This document shows positions 25,692-36,519 of a DNA stretch of 64,000 bases, piece by piece. The notes below the pieces were generated by a model. That model did no database searches. It was not told the origin of the DNA and was given only the letters and a program-made list of their open reading frames with translations. This DNA comes from Mobula hypostoma (taxonomy: Eukaryota), in the NCBI RefSeq assembly GCF_963921235.1, contig NC_086118.1, forward strand, positions 23,128,001 through 23,192,000. Direction: 5' to 3'. Both the position numbers and the translations under genes were made by a program. How positions within the stretch are numbered: the first letter of the stretch is position 1; every line of letters starts with the position of its first letter.

Positions 25692-26420
25692 CAGACATCC
25701 GACCCTGCAAAACCTCATTTCAGAGAGTTAGCACCATCAATTTGCAGGAGACTTCCGGGAGAGGTGGGATGTCTGCAATAAAGTAGCTCCTTAGCAGCTA
25801 GCCAGCTAGTTTAAATAACATTAGCTATGCCAATGAACAAACAGCAGTTGTTAAACTCACCTCAACATGTCTTTCACGGTCTTAACCCACCACGGGCAAT
25901 AGAAAAGTCACTGTTGCAAACAGTGCAGCGAGCAACACTGTCATTATTTTTGACCCCTATTAGGCAGGGGTACACTTTAGTGTAGTCTGGGGTGAGATAC
26001 GTTTTATATATTTTTTTGGAACACTCTGCCACTCTGATTTTTTTTGGAACTCTCTCGCTCTTGCTCTTGCTCTCTATCGTGCGCACGCTCTCTCGCTCGT
26101 GGTCGCTCTTTCTCTCTCCCGCACTTGCTTTCTCACTCTCTCTCGCGCTCTCTCTCTCTCGTGGTCGCTCTCTCGCACTTGCTTTCTTGCTCTCACTCTC
26201 TCTCGCGCTTTCTCTCTTGTGGTTGCTCTCACTCGTGCTCGCTGTCTTGTGCTTGCTTTCTTGTTCTTGTGCTCGCTCTCTCACTCTCTCTCGCGTGTTC
26301 TCTCACGCTCGCTCTCAAAAAAATCTATTTCTGGGACATTGTATATAATTTGTGGGCATCAGGGAGCCACCATTAATATGCAGGAGACTCCCGGAACTTC
26401 CGGGAGAGGTGGGATGCCTG
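25692..26420 (-). mobile_element. Non-autonomous hAT-related DNA transposon with 6-bp TSD and zinc-finger transposase remnant
   Basis: TIRs cagacatccgacc / ggtgggatgcctg; gttcag duplicated at 25686-25691 and 26421-26426; the minus strand encodes YPCLIGVKNNDSVARCTVCNSDFSIARGG then, frameshifted, DRERHVE (BED-like finger); CT-rich low-complexity tract ~26050-26315. Confidence 0.7.
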
Positions 26421-26683
26421 GTTCAGTAGGAGGATTATTCAAGCTAAGAGACAGGATGGCCACACTATCCCACTGGACCAACACATCCTTCAAGCAGAGG
26501 ACCAGGAGACTACTACTGCTTTCAGAACACTAGGCTCAAGCCAGCATCCAGTGCTCCTGAACGTCTACCCAAGCAAGTGTGTAAAAAGGAGCAGAAGAGC
26601 TGTCCCAAGCTCAGAACAGCGAGGAGCACAGAGATCACCATTATTGGATATGTGCGTGAGACACTCCTCCAAGTAAGTTTTAA

Positions 26684-27103
26684 CCCTTGCATACTGTTCA
26701 TACTCTATACCTTCACAGAATAGTCCGGGTCAATTTTGACCCGGCCCAAGAATCTCCTCATAACAAGTGTCTATACCAAATTTTGAACCACAGATCAATT
26801 TAGAATGTATAAATAGCCTATCTGACATTAATAAATGGGTGATTAATCCTTAATTAATATTTCAGAGATGTAAAATCCATTTCAATCGATACGGGTCAAA
26901 TTTGTCCCGGAACAGCCTGAATGTACAAAAATTTGTAGCACCTGTACAAAAGAATATAATGTTTAAATATTTTCATTTTTGCACATTTTGGGTCACTTTA
27001 GGAAAGGTCATCAAATTTCGGCTTTAAAAAATGGCATTTAGGGTGTTTTTACTGCTGTCAGATGTCAAAACGGGTCAAATTTGACCCGAACAGTATGTAA
27101 GGG
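26684..27103. mobile_element. piggyBac-type MITE
   Basis: TTAA at 26680-26683 and 27104-27107; TIRs cccttgcatactgttc / gaacagtatgtaaggg (1 mismatch); three internal copies of the palindrome cgggtcaaatttgacccg. Confidence 0.85.
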
Positions 27104-27349
27104 TTAATTATTGTCATATGTTCCAAGATACAGTGAAACTTTGTTTTTTCATGTCATTCAGGCAGATCAGTCCATAACTAAGTGAAAAATCAACATCTTA
27201 GGCCTGGAGGAGAGGAGCAAAAAAATCAATCTGATGAGGGAACTCAGACGGGCGAGCAGCGCCTGTGGTGAGGGAGAAATGGTGGCGTTTCGGATTGATT
27301 TGCTGGGGGGGGGAGAGAACGTTAACAAATTTACGGCTTTGATCTAGCA

Positions 27350-27770
27350 AATGCTAGGGCCAGTGGGTAGAGCGATTTTTAAAAATCCTTTTTTTGGCGA
27401 ATTGCCAAGTAATCGCAGAGCTGGCGGCGCGACCCGGCCCTCCCCTCTCACCTGGATCTGCAAAAGGCCAAACCCCGTTGCCGTGACAACTGTCTCTGCG
27501 TCTCCTACAGCGACCGGAAGCAGATACCCGGAAGTGAAAGTTGGTTGGGGTCAAGACGTGGCGCAAGATGGCGGCCTGCAGTAAAGGAGGAGCGTAGAGC
27601 CGACAAACGGCTTCTCTGCTATAAATAGACCATGTACAGTGTGTCATGTAGGCTGTTCTCAGGTATGTGTATGCTGAACAAGGTCAGAAAATCGTTGCAA
27701 GTTGACTATGGGGGAGGAAGATCGATAAAAGTTGTTCTATGCATGTTATTCTCATAACTTCCGGTTGACC
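27350..27770. promoter_or_regulatory. CpG-rich, probably bidirectional promoter / first-exon region
   Basis: Local CpG enrichment; X-box gttgccgtgacaac 27477-27490; ETS ccggaag 27514-27520 and ccggaagtg 27528-27536 (a third, acttccggt, at 27757-27765); YY1 caagatggcggc 27564-27575; + donor CAG|GTATGT at 27662/27663; - donor CAG|GTGAGA at 27452/27451. Confidence 0.75.
27632..27662 (+). CDS. Candidate first coding exon of an unidentified host gene (MYSVSCRLFS, phase 1)
   Basis: accATG context followed by 10 codons plus 1 nt and a strong donor. Could equally be 5' UTR. Confidence 0.3.
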
Positions 27771-28189
27771 TTGTCAACCTTGATTTCTAAGACTCCTGGC
27801 GCCCAGAAACTTTGGATAACGGGATTTTTCTAAATACATATGTTACGTTTAAACTATGTGCTATGGTTGAAGTAAATGCCCAGGACTTTTATAGATTGAA
27901 TTGAAAATAATCCATATTTAGTCTTCCCCGTAAATGCATCACTCGTAAAAATAACCCATTGTGATCCCTCTTCGAAAAAGTTATTTCAAATTCAAGGTTC
28001 ACAGCTCGCTGCACATTTTCTCTAGAGGGAATTAACCGGTGGCTAACATTTAATAAGCGTACAGCACAATAGTGGGCCCTTTTGTGTGCCTCGTCCCTAC
28101 TGACCCTGATGTCTGTCAGTGTTGATCTGTATCCCTTTAAACCTGTAAGACACAAGCAGTCTTTCGAGTTCAGGCAGCACTCACGTCTG

Positions 28190-28870
28190 ACTCTTGTCAT
28201 TGTCACATTGCATCCGGTGCGGCTTCCTCTTCATCTATGAGACCTGACGCAGATTGAGGGATCGCGTTGTCGTGTACTTTCGTTCCGTTCGTCTTAACAG
28301 TCAGGATCTCCCGATGGATAGCCATTTTAGTTTCCCATTCCCATACTGACGTGTCTGGCCACAACCTCCTTTGCTGCCGCGTTAAGGCTAGGTGCAGACT
28401 GGAGGAGCAACGCTCCATTCCGTCTTGTCAGTCTCAAACCTGACAGCATCAACATAGATTTATCTACCTTCCAATAACCGCTCTCCTCTGTCCACTCCCT
28501 TCTTTTCCCTTGACCCTGTGGCCCTTTTCTACTGGTTCCCCACCTCTTCCCTTAATTCTGTTTTCTACAGTCCTCTCCTATCAGATTCTTCCTTCTTCAG
28601 CCCTTTGCCTTTTCCACCTATCACTTCCAAGCTTTTCGCATTATTCCCTTCTCCCCTTATCTGGATTCAGCTATCATCTGATAGCTTGTTGTCCTCCCCC
28701 TCCCTTACTCCTTTATTCTGGCTTCTGCCCTTTTTCTTTCTGGTCTTGATGAAAGATCTTGGTGTACGACAAGCTCATTTACTTCTATTGATGCTAACTG
28801 ACTCGCTGAGTTCCTTGAACACTTTGAGTTTGTTCTTTCAGGTTTCCAGCATCTGCAGTCTCTCTTTTAT
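28190..28870 (+). mobile_element. Degenerate Penelope-like 3' fragment
   Basis: Homologous to the GIY-YIG region and 3' end of 23403-24116 (cattgcatccggtgc...gacgcagattgagggatcgc...ccagcatctgcagtc). Confidence 0.7.
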
Positions 28871-30321
28871 CTCCCTTTTAAGTACCGATCCAAAGGCCTT
28901 TCAAATCTTGTTATTGTATCTCCCTCTGCTACCTCCCTTTGGTAGCTTGCATCAGGTATCCAGTATTGTCTGTGTGAAAAGCTTCCTGCACCAATCTCCC
29001 TTAAATGTCTCCACTCATTTTGTTAGTGGTGGTGTATAATGAGAACATGAGATAGAAACTTGAATGTATCTTTCTTTAAAGTTACTGGCTGCTTAATTTG
29101 TTTTCTACTTTTGACTAAAAGTTCAAATCGTTACTCTTGTATGAATAGTGAATAATTACACTGCACTTTGTAGTAACCTTGGGATACAAAAAGAGATTTA
29201 TAGAATAATTTGGATCCAAATAGGGGATAGCTATTGTTAAAATGCCTTTCATGATAATCAGAACTGTTACATTCAGCTGATGATTATAGGTGTACATTGA
29301 CAGCATAACATCATATGGAATATGTTTGCTTGTATTTACATAGATCAATTTGTCTCATGCATAAACTATCCTGGATTAGGATTTTATAACCTGAATAAAG
29401 TAATGATTGGTGCTTGACATCATATTCATAGTTATTGGAGCAGGCTTTATGAGAACGCAAATGGGTTGTGTTGTATACTGATTCTGTTTTAAAAGCCTTA
29501 AGATATATTGACGTGATTAGCATGTTGATAACAACAAAGATAAATGGATTTAGTAGGGGACTTTACTTTCAAACAATGTTGTAATTGTAATTTTGAAATG
29601 ATGGCAGATAAGCCAGACATGTTCTATAGCATCTAACATTTAATCAAAATTTGAAGCCCCCTTTTATTGTTATATCCAGTGGTGCTAAAATTTGTTTTCT
29701 GATTAGAATCTTTAACTTGACATTAACTAATTCTCCTTTCACAGATGCTGTCTGATCTGTTGAATGTTTCTAGCATTTTCTGTTTCCAATTTCAATTATC
29801 ATCGTCTGCAGTTTATGATTTTTATATTGTTTTTATTTTCCTCTTTAAAGTGTTATATTTTCCAAGGTAAATCTGAACTAGAGGAAGTTAAAGAGCTCAA
29901 AACTCATACTCTATATGGTTGATGTGTTAAACAGATATCTTGCCTTTCATCATGTGATGGTACTGTACAAAGAAAAGTGAGAAATATTTTGGTGTTCTGG
30001 TCAACATGTATTTTTTCTGTGAAATCCAAAAGACTTATCAATGTTATGTTGGTGACTGTATCTCACTGTCACTTCTGTCTATGTTAAAGCAGAGACTGTA
30101 TAGTAAGAGTACTTAATTTGCTATGATTGCCATTGTTTTTGAATGTTCTGATATCTTGAAAGTTAATTCCTCCAGAATAACACAGAAAAGTGAAGTTAAT
30201 ACAATTTCTGAGAAAGCTGGTGAGATGACAGAACCAAAGGACCTGAAGTTGCAGTGAGATTTAAATTGCATAAAAAAATGGATTGGTATTTTTCTTGTGT
30301 GGTATGAATATTCATCATCAT

Positions 30322-30980
30322 TCATAAGATAAGATAAAAGAGCAGGGTTAGGCCATTTGTCCCATCGAGATTGCTCCATCATTTTATCATAGCTGATCCA
30401 ATTGTCCTCTCAGCCCTCACCTCTTTCCTTCTCCCCGTATCCCATCATGCACAGACCAATCAAGAATGAGTTAACCTCTGCCTCAAGTATTCATAAAGTC
30501 TTGGCTTATGCAGCTCCCTGCTGCAAAGAATTCCACAGATTCATCACACTGGCTAACAAGATTCTTCCTCATCTCCATTCTGAAAGAACACCCCAATATT
30601 CTGAGGCTGTGGTCTTAGCCTCCCCTACTGTAGGAAGCATCTGCTCCACATCCAGTCTATCAAGGACTTTCACCATTTGGTAGCTTTCAATGAGGTCACC
30701 CCTCATTCTTCTGAATTTCTAGTGAATACGGGCCCAGAGCCATCAAACATTCTTCATATGACAAGCCACTCAATCCTGGAATCATGCTCGTGAACCTCTT
30801 TGAACCCTCTCCAGTTTCAGCACATCCTTTCGAAGATAAGGGGCCCAAACCTGGTCACAATACTCCAATTGAGGCTTCACCAGTGCTTTATAAAATTTCA
30901 GCATTATATCCTTGCTTTTATATTCTGGTCCTCTTGAAATAAATGGCAACATTGCATTTGCCTTCCTCACCGCAGACTCA
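30322..30980 (-). mobile_element. CR1 LINE 3' fragment
   Basis: ORF 30782-30970 (KANAMLPFISRG...ALVKPQLEYCDQVWAPYLRKD) and 3' UTR with ataag tail. Confidence 0.8.
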
Positions 30981-31671
30981 AGAATTTGTCGGATAATTTC
31001 TAGCAGATAGAATATTGATGAGAACAGCAGTGAAAATTCAAAAAAAAATTCTTAATCTGACAAGGCTTTTAAGAAAGAACAACAGTTCACCAGCAACACT
31101 TAAAGTGGTTATCAACAGATTATAGGTTAAGTTCTTTGGTATTTTTTTCTGTCAATTACTATAATTTTGCATGTTTATTGCTTTTTCGTTGTAAAGCAAA
31201 GGCTGGTATACATTTTACTGACTTCAGGCTTCAATAAAAATGATCGTTTCCAACGTGGTTTTCTTGCAACGCTGTACAACCTGTACAATAAGCAGTGGGC
31301 TAGAGAGCTGGATATGTTAGTGAACAAAGACGGAGTGGGTAGAAGTAGTCTTAGCAGGCAAACATGTCTGTCTGGAGTGTTCAGGAAGCAGTTCTCTGAC
31401 ACATTTAAACCTCTTTATCAAGCACATTTTGAGTGAAATCATCCAGCATCTGTAGCTCAGAGATGTAAAAAGTGACCGTGGGAAGGAACTTTGTTTTTGG
31501 CTTCTAATGAAGTGCATGTGTGGTCATTGGGACCCTCTGTTCTTTGGAGAGTGACTCTGTTCAGTCTTTGATCCCAGAATCCAGTAGGAAGAGAGAACAC
31601 ATAGCTATGCAGATGAGGTTTGTCATTGACAACATGCATCCTATATTTTTAGATGCCTAATATTGAATCTA

Positions 31672-32045
31672 GAAAGGTTTCAAAGGTACATTTAATGTCA
31701 GAGAAATGTATACAATATATTGTACATCCTGAAATTCTTTTTCTCGCAAACATCCGTAAAAACAGAGGAGTACCCCAAAGAATGAATGACAGTTAAATGT
31801 TAGATCCCTGAAGTTCCCCCCCCCCCAGCTCCAACCCACCCAAGCATAAGCAGCAGTAGAGCAAAGACCCACCCCCTCCCCCACTGGGAAAAAGCACTGG
31901 CGCCCCCACTGAGCACTCAAGCATGCAGCAAAGCATCAATAAAAACACAGATTTGCAGTACCCCAAAGACTACTCGTTCACCCGTTAATTCGACATATCA
32001 CAGTCTCTCACTCACTCACTCACTCACTCACTCCCCACTCACTCA

Positions 32046-32090
<45 letters not shown>

Positions 32091-32540
32091 GTGGTGTCCC
32101 AGTGAGAGGGGTGACATAACAACAACTTGCTGATTTACGATGTTAAAAGTCTGTTGCGTCGCTTCTTCTGAACTCTGTGCCCAAAGAACTCGGGTCTTCT
32201 GGGCACACAGCCAGCAGCCAGCTTGCTGTTTCCGATCTTCCATCTCCCACAGCACACCAATTTACTGCGGCGGCACCAATCTCCAGAGCCACGAAATCCC
32301 GAAACCCTGAAGGCGTGTTAGTCTTCTAGGCCGTGTCCTTGGCATATCGAATAGCGGTCAGTTGTGAGACCCCAAGAGTGAGTCCCATTCCTGTAAAGAA
32401 CCAAAGTCAGCGTGTAACTCCAGGTCAGGGTCTTCAAAAGAACCCTGAAAGGGAAAAATAGAGTTATTAAAGATAGAAGTAGAGCTGTTTCCGAAATTGC
32501 AAGCAAAGGAGTCGCCATTAGGCACCATCGTTCTCCTAAG
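31672..32540 (-). mobile_element. Unclassified non-autonomous retroposon containing (CACT)n/(CA)n microsatellite
   Basis: Minus strand ends ...tctctgacattaaatgtacctttgaaacctttc; microsatellite at ~32008-32089; no protein homology seen. Confidence 0.45.
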
Positions 32541-32859
32541 GCGCCATTCTAGTACCTAGAAGGTGCTAGAACTGAATGGGATTCCATTCAGTCATATCGA
32601 GCTTCTGTGTGAGCTGAGGCACCAAATTAATAAAAATGTCTTCATTGTGGAGAGTGCTCAGCCATTTGTATTTGAGCCATCATGGCAAGCTAAATTGTAG
32701 CTTCTTGACAGTAATGTTAATGAATTTGGTATGAGGCTTCCTCACACACATGTAACATATATGTAATGAAAGCCAGGCTGCTGCAGAAATAAAATGAATA
32801 GCACAGACCACTGCTACTCTGTTTCTGCATCCAGTCCTAAGACCCTGAGGAGGTATTTG

Positions 32860-33720
32860 CAGTTTTTTTGAAGAACTGAACAAGAAGATTGATAAGGACT
32901 GGGCAGTAGATGTCTATGTGGACTTTAACTGAATAGAAACATAGAAAATAAGTGCAGGAGTAGGCCATTCGGCCCTTTGAGCCTGCACCGCCATTCAGTA
33001 TGATCATGGCTGATTATCCAACTCAGAACCCTGTACCAGCCTTCCCTCCATACCCTCTGATCCCTTTAGCCACAAGGGCCATATCTAACTCCCTCTTAAA
33101 TATAGCCAATGAACTGGCCTCAACTGAATCCTGTTGTTGATTGGTTCAGAAGATTGGATTATATGGGATCCAGGATGATACAAAATTAACTTGATGGAAA
33201 GAATCAAACGGTTGCAATGGATGGTTATTCTTCAGATTGGAGGCCTGTGACCTGTGGTGTGTTGTAGAGTCAGTGGTGGGTACGCTGTTGTCTTTCATAT
33301 GAACAGTTTGGATGAGAATGCGAGGGGATCATGGACCAGCGATCTGAACCGGCCTGTGCCTCACCTTGGGCCCTGACACCCTGACCTTTTCAATCTGGCC
33401 CAGTAAGTTTTTGCTGGTGGTGTTGTGAACAATGAAGTTGATTGTTTAAGATTACAACAGAATCTAAATCAATCGAGAAAGTGGGCAAAGAATGGCAGAT
33501 GGAATTTAACTTAGACAAGTGTGAAGTGATGCATTTTGGGAAATTAAGCCAAGGCAGGACATACCCATTGAATGCAGGGCACTGGGAAGTGTTGTAGAAT
33601 AGAGAAACCTAGAAGTACATAATTCCATGAAAGCAGTGCCACAATTAGACTGAGTAGTGAAGAAGGTGAATGGTACGCTTGCTTCATTGGTTGAGGCATT
33701 GAGAACAAGAGTTGGGATGT
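32860..33720 (+). mobile_element. Degenerate CR1 RT fragment with an inverted CR1 3' end inserted at ~32930-33125
   Basis: RAVDV-YVDF and WQMEFNLDKCEVMHFG remnants; the insert aatagaaacatagaaaataagtgcaggagtaggccattcggccc is the reverse complement of the CR1 3' UTR seen at ~6200-6330. Confidence 0.7.
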
Positions 33721-35588
33721 TGCATTATTTCTTTACCTATCGTTCGGATGGCGATTTAAGCACTGGGTCAGGATGTCGAGGCTCGAGGTGAGGTATGAGC
33801 TGGTTCAGATTGCTGCTCCATGACACTTACTCGGCTCTGCGCTGAACTGTGGAATTCTCTTTACAGACTTCAGTTCAGGAATGCTATTTGCTTGTGCTTA
33901 TTATTTGTATGATTTTTTTTCATTGCACATTGGGTGTTCAGACTTTTTTATGGGTTTTTTAGTTTTTATGGACGATGTGTTATTCTCTGCAAATTAGGTA
34001 TTAGACAGTCTTTTATATATATTGTGTGTATATTATAATTTGTTTTTGGGTTTCTTTATTTCATGGCTGCCTGTTAAGAGATGAATCTCCAAGTTGTATA
34101 CTGTATACATACTTTGAACTTTGAGGACATTGCTGAGGAAGTAGAAGCCTTGGTGAGCTTTCTTGGCCATGACGTCAATGTGGTTGGACCAGTGTGCTGG
34201 TGGTGTTCACACCAAGAAACTTGAAGCTTTAAACCCTCACAACCTAATCACCGTTGATAGGGGCAGGAGCATGGGCACCTCCCCACTCTCTGAAGTCAAT
34301 GACAAGTTGTTTTGTTTTGTTGACACTGAGGGAAAGGATAATGTCGTGACAACATGTCACTAAGCTCTCTTTCTCCTTTCTGTACATCATTTACGAATCC
34401 GAGTCAGGTTTCATATCACCGGCATATGTTGTAAAAATTGTTCTTTAGCAGCAGCAGTATATTGCAATCCATAAATAGTAAAAACTATAAATTACAGTCA
34501 GAAGTGTATATTTATAAAATTAAATAACTAGTGCAGAGAGAGGAAAAAATACTGAGGTAGTGTTCTTGGGTTCATTGTCCATCAGAAAAGTGATGGCAGA
34601 AGGGAAGAAACTGCTCTTGAAACATTGAGCGTGTGTCTTCAGGCTCTTGCACCTCCTGCTTGATGGAAGCAATGAGAAGAGTGCATGTGGTGGGTGGTGG
34701 TGGTCCTTAGTGCTAAGCATGCCTGCAGAAAAAGAATCTCAGGATTGTATGTAACGACATGTATGTACTGTGATAATAAACTTTACTTAGAATTTTGAAC
34801 TTTAATGATGGATGTCCCCCTTTTGAGGCAAACTGAGTTTGCAACTTTCTCTAGCTTTTGCCGTTGCAACCAACTAGAATGCTCTGCACGATATATCTGT
34901 AGAAATTTGTGTGTCTTTGGTGATGAACCAATTCTCCTCAAACTCCTAATGAAAGATAGCTGCTCTCGTGCCTTCTTCGTAATTTCATCAATATTTTGGG
35001 CCCGGGATAGATGCTCAGAATTTGACACCCAGATATTTAAACTGCTCACCCTTTCCACTCTTGATCTTCGATGAGGGCTGTGTATGTTTCCTTGAATTCC
35101 CCTTTCTGAAGTCCACAATCAATTTCTTGGTCTTACTGACGTTGAGTGCAAGGCACGGTTGTGACACTTCTCAACCAGCTGACCAGTCTCACTCCTGACG
35201 GCCTCCTCATCACTATCTGAAATTCTGCCAACATTGGTGTTGTCATTGGCAAATATACAGATGGGTTTTGAGCTGTATCTAGCCACACAGTCATTGGTTT
35301 AGAGAAAGTGGAGCAGTGGACTAAACACACATCCTTGAGGTGAGTCAGTGTTAATTGTCATTGAGGAGATGTTAGTTCCAATCTGTACTGACTGGTCTCC
35401 CAGTGAGGAAGTCAAGGATCCAGTTGCAGAGAGAGGTACACAGGCCCAGGTTTTGGAGCTTGTTGGTTAGAACTGAGGGTATGAACACTGAACTGCAATC
35501 AATAAACAGCAGCCTGACATCAGTATTACTGTTATCTAGGTGATCCAAAGCCAAGTGGAGAGCCAGTGAGATTGCTTCCACTGTAGAC

Positions 35589-36420
35589 TGTTACGAGAAT
35601 ACACATAAAATTAAGATGTTTGCTGGCCTGGGCTAGCATCAGTGGCATCAGCAGTTGGTCTGCCACCTGCCCTCAGGGGAAGGAGAGATAAGGAACAATG
35701 GAGCAGCGTCTGGAGATGTGTAATGAAGGGATGTGGGAGGAAGAGCTGTCTGGAGCGGCTCCCCCCTTTGAACCCTGAACTGTTTGAAGTGATGGACAGG
35801 CGATACCCCAGCAGGGGGATAAAAAGGGACAGGTTCGCTAAGACAGACACACACGCCACCCGAGGTAACGAGACCCTGGAAGCGGTACGCTTCTCACGAG
35901 TGGGTGGAAAGGTACGATCAGCGGGAACCCGGTGTGTGTCCGCCCTTGCCTGGGTGCCGGGTTCACTGCAGAGGATCAACCGCATCTGGAGGAGGGGTCA
36001 CAGTCGGTGACCTCAGGTGACATCACCAAGGACCCGCCCAAATGCTGTTTGTGAGCCATCTCGCTGGTCTGTGAGTGAAGCTGTGCTGAATGATGAGTTG
36101 TTCCTATTCTATGTCTCTCTTCCCCACCTTGTCCATCGCCATGACAACGATTACTGCGAACTGAACTACAAACTGGACTGAACTTTGAGTCATTTTGAAA
36201 TTGGTCATTTACCCCTAGACAACGATAGAGCTTGATTGATGCTGTTATCTTAATTCTGTGCACATGTGTGGTTATCATTGTTGAACTGTTGCATTTATTA
36301 TCCTTTCGATTAATGTGTTGCTTGTTTCTTTAATAAAACTTTCTTAGTCCTAGTACTCCAGACTCCAACTGAGTGATCCATTTCTGCTGGTTTGGCAACC
36401 CAGTTACGGGGTACGTAACA
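35589..36420 (+). repeat. 5' LTR
   Basis: TG...CA ends with 7-bp terminal inverted repeat; TATA-like gataaaa ~35818; aataaa 36332-36337; matches 39632-40463. Confidence 0.97.
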
Positions 36421-36424
36421 TAAG

Positions 36425-36450
36425 TGGGGTTCTCGTCCGCGATTTTGAAC
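36425..36450 (+). promoter_or_regulatory. Primer-binding site complementary to tRNA-Pro 3' end (imperfect)
   Basis: tggggttctcgtccgcgattttgaac versus the tRNA-Pro complement TGGGGGCTCGTCCGGGATTTGAAC, 4 nt after the LTR. Confidence 0.8.
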
Positions 36451-36519
36451 GCTAAATTTGGGACGGAGTAAATTGATTGGGTTAAAATTCCCGAAAGAAA
36501 GAAAAGACAAACAGCAGAA

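Noticed and set aside
25992..26533. Several overlapping 110-144 aa ORFs rich in S/L/R/A
   Set aside because: Artefacts of a CT-rich low-complexity tract lacking stop codons.
27620..27627. tataaata as a TATA box
   Set aside because: It lies downstream of the ETS/YY1 cluster and only a few nt before the candidate ATG, so it is more likely within exon 1; not decidable from sequence.
31167..31436. 89-aa + ORF in unique sequence as a possible host exon
   Set aside because: No recognisable homology and no convincing donor; both strands have similar short ORFs.
35611..36278. ORFs of 100-124 aa on both strands, duplicated at 39654-40321
   Set aside because: They lie wholly within the LTRs, have no recognisable domains, and the duplication is explained by LTR identity.
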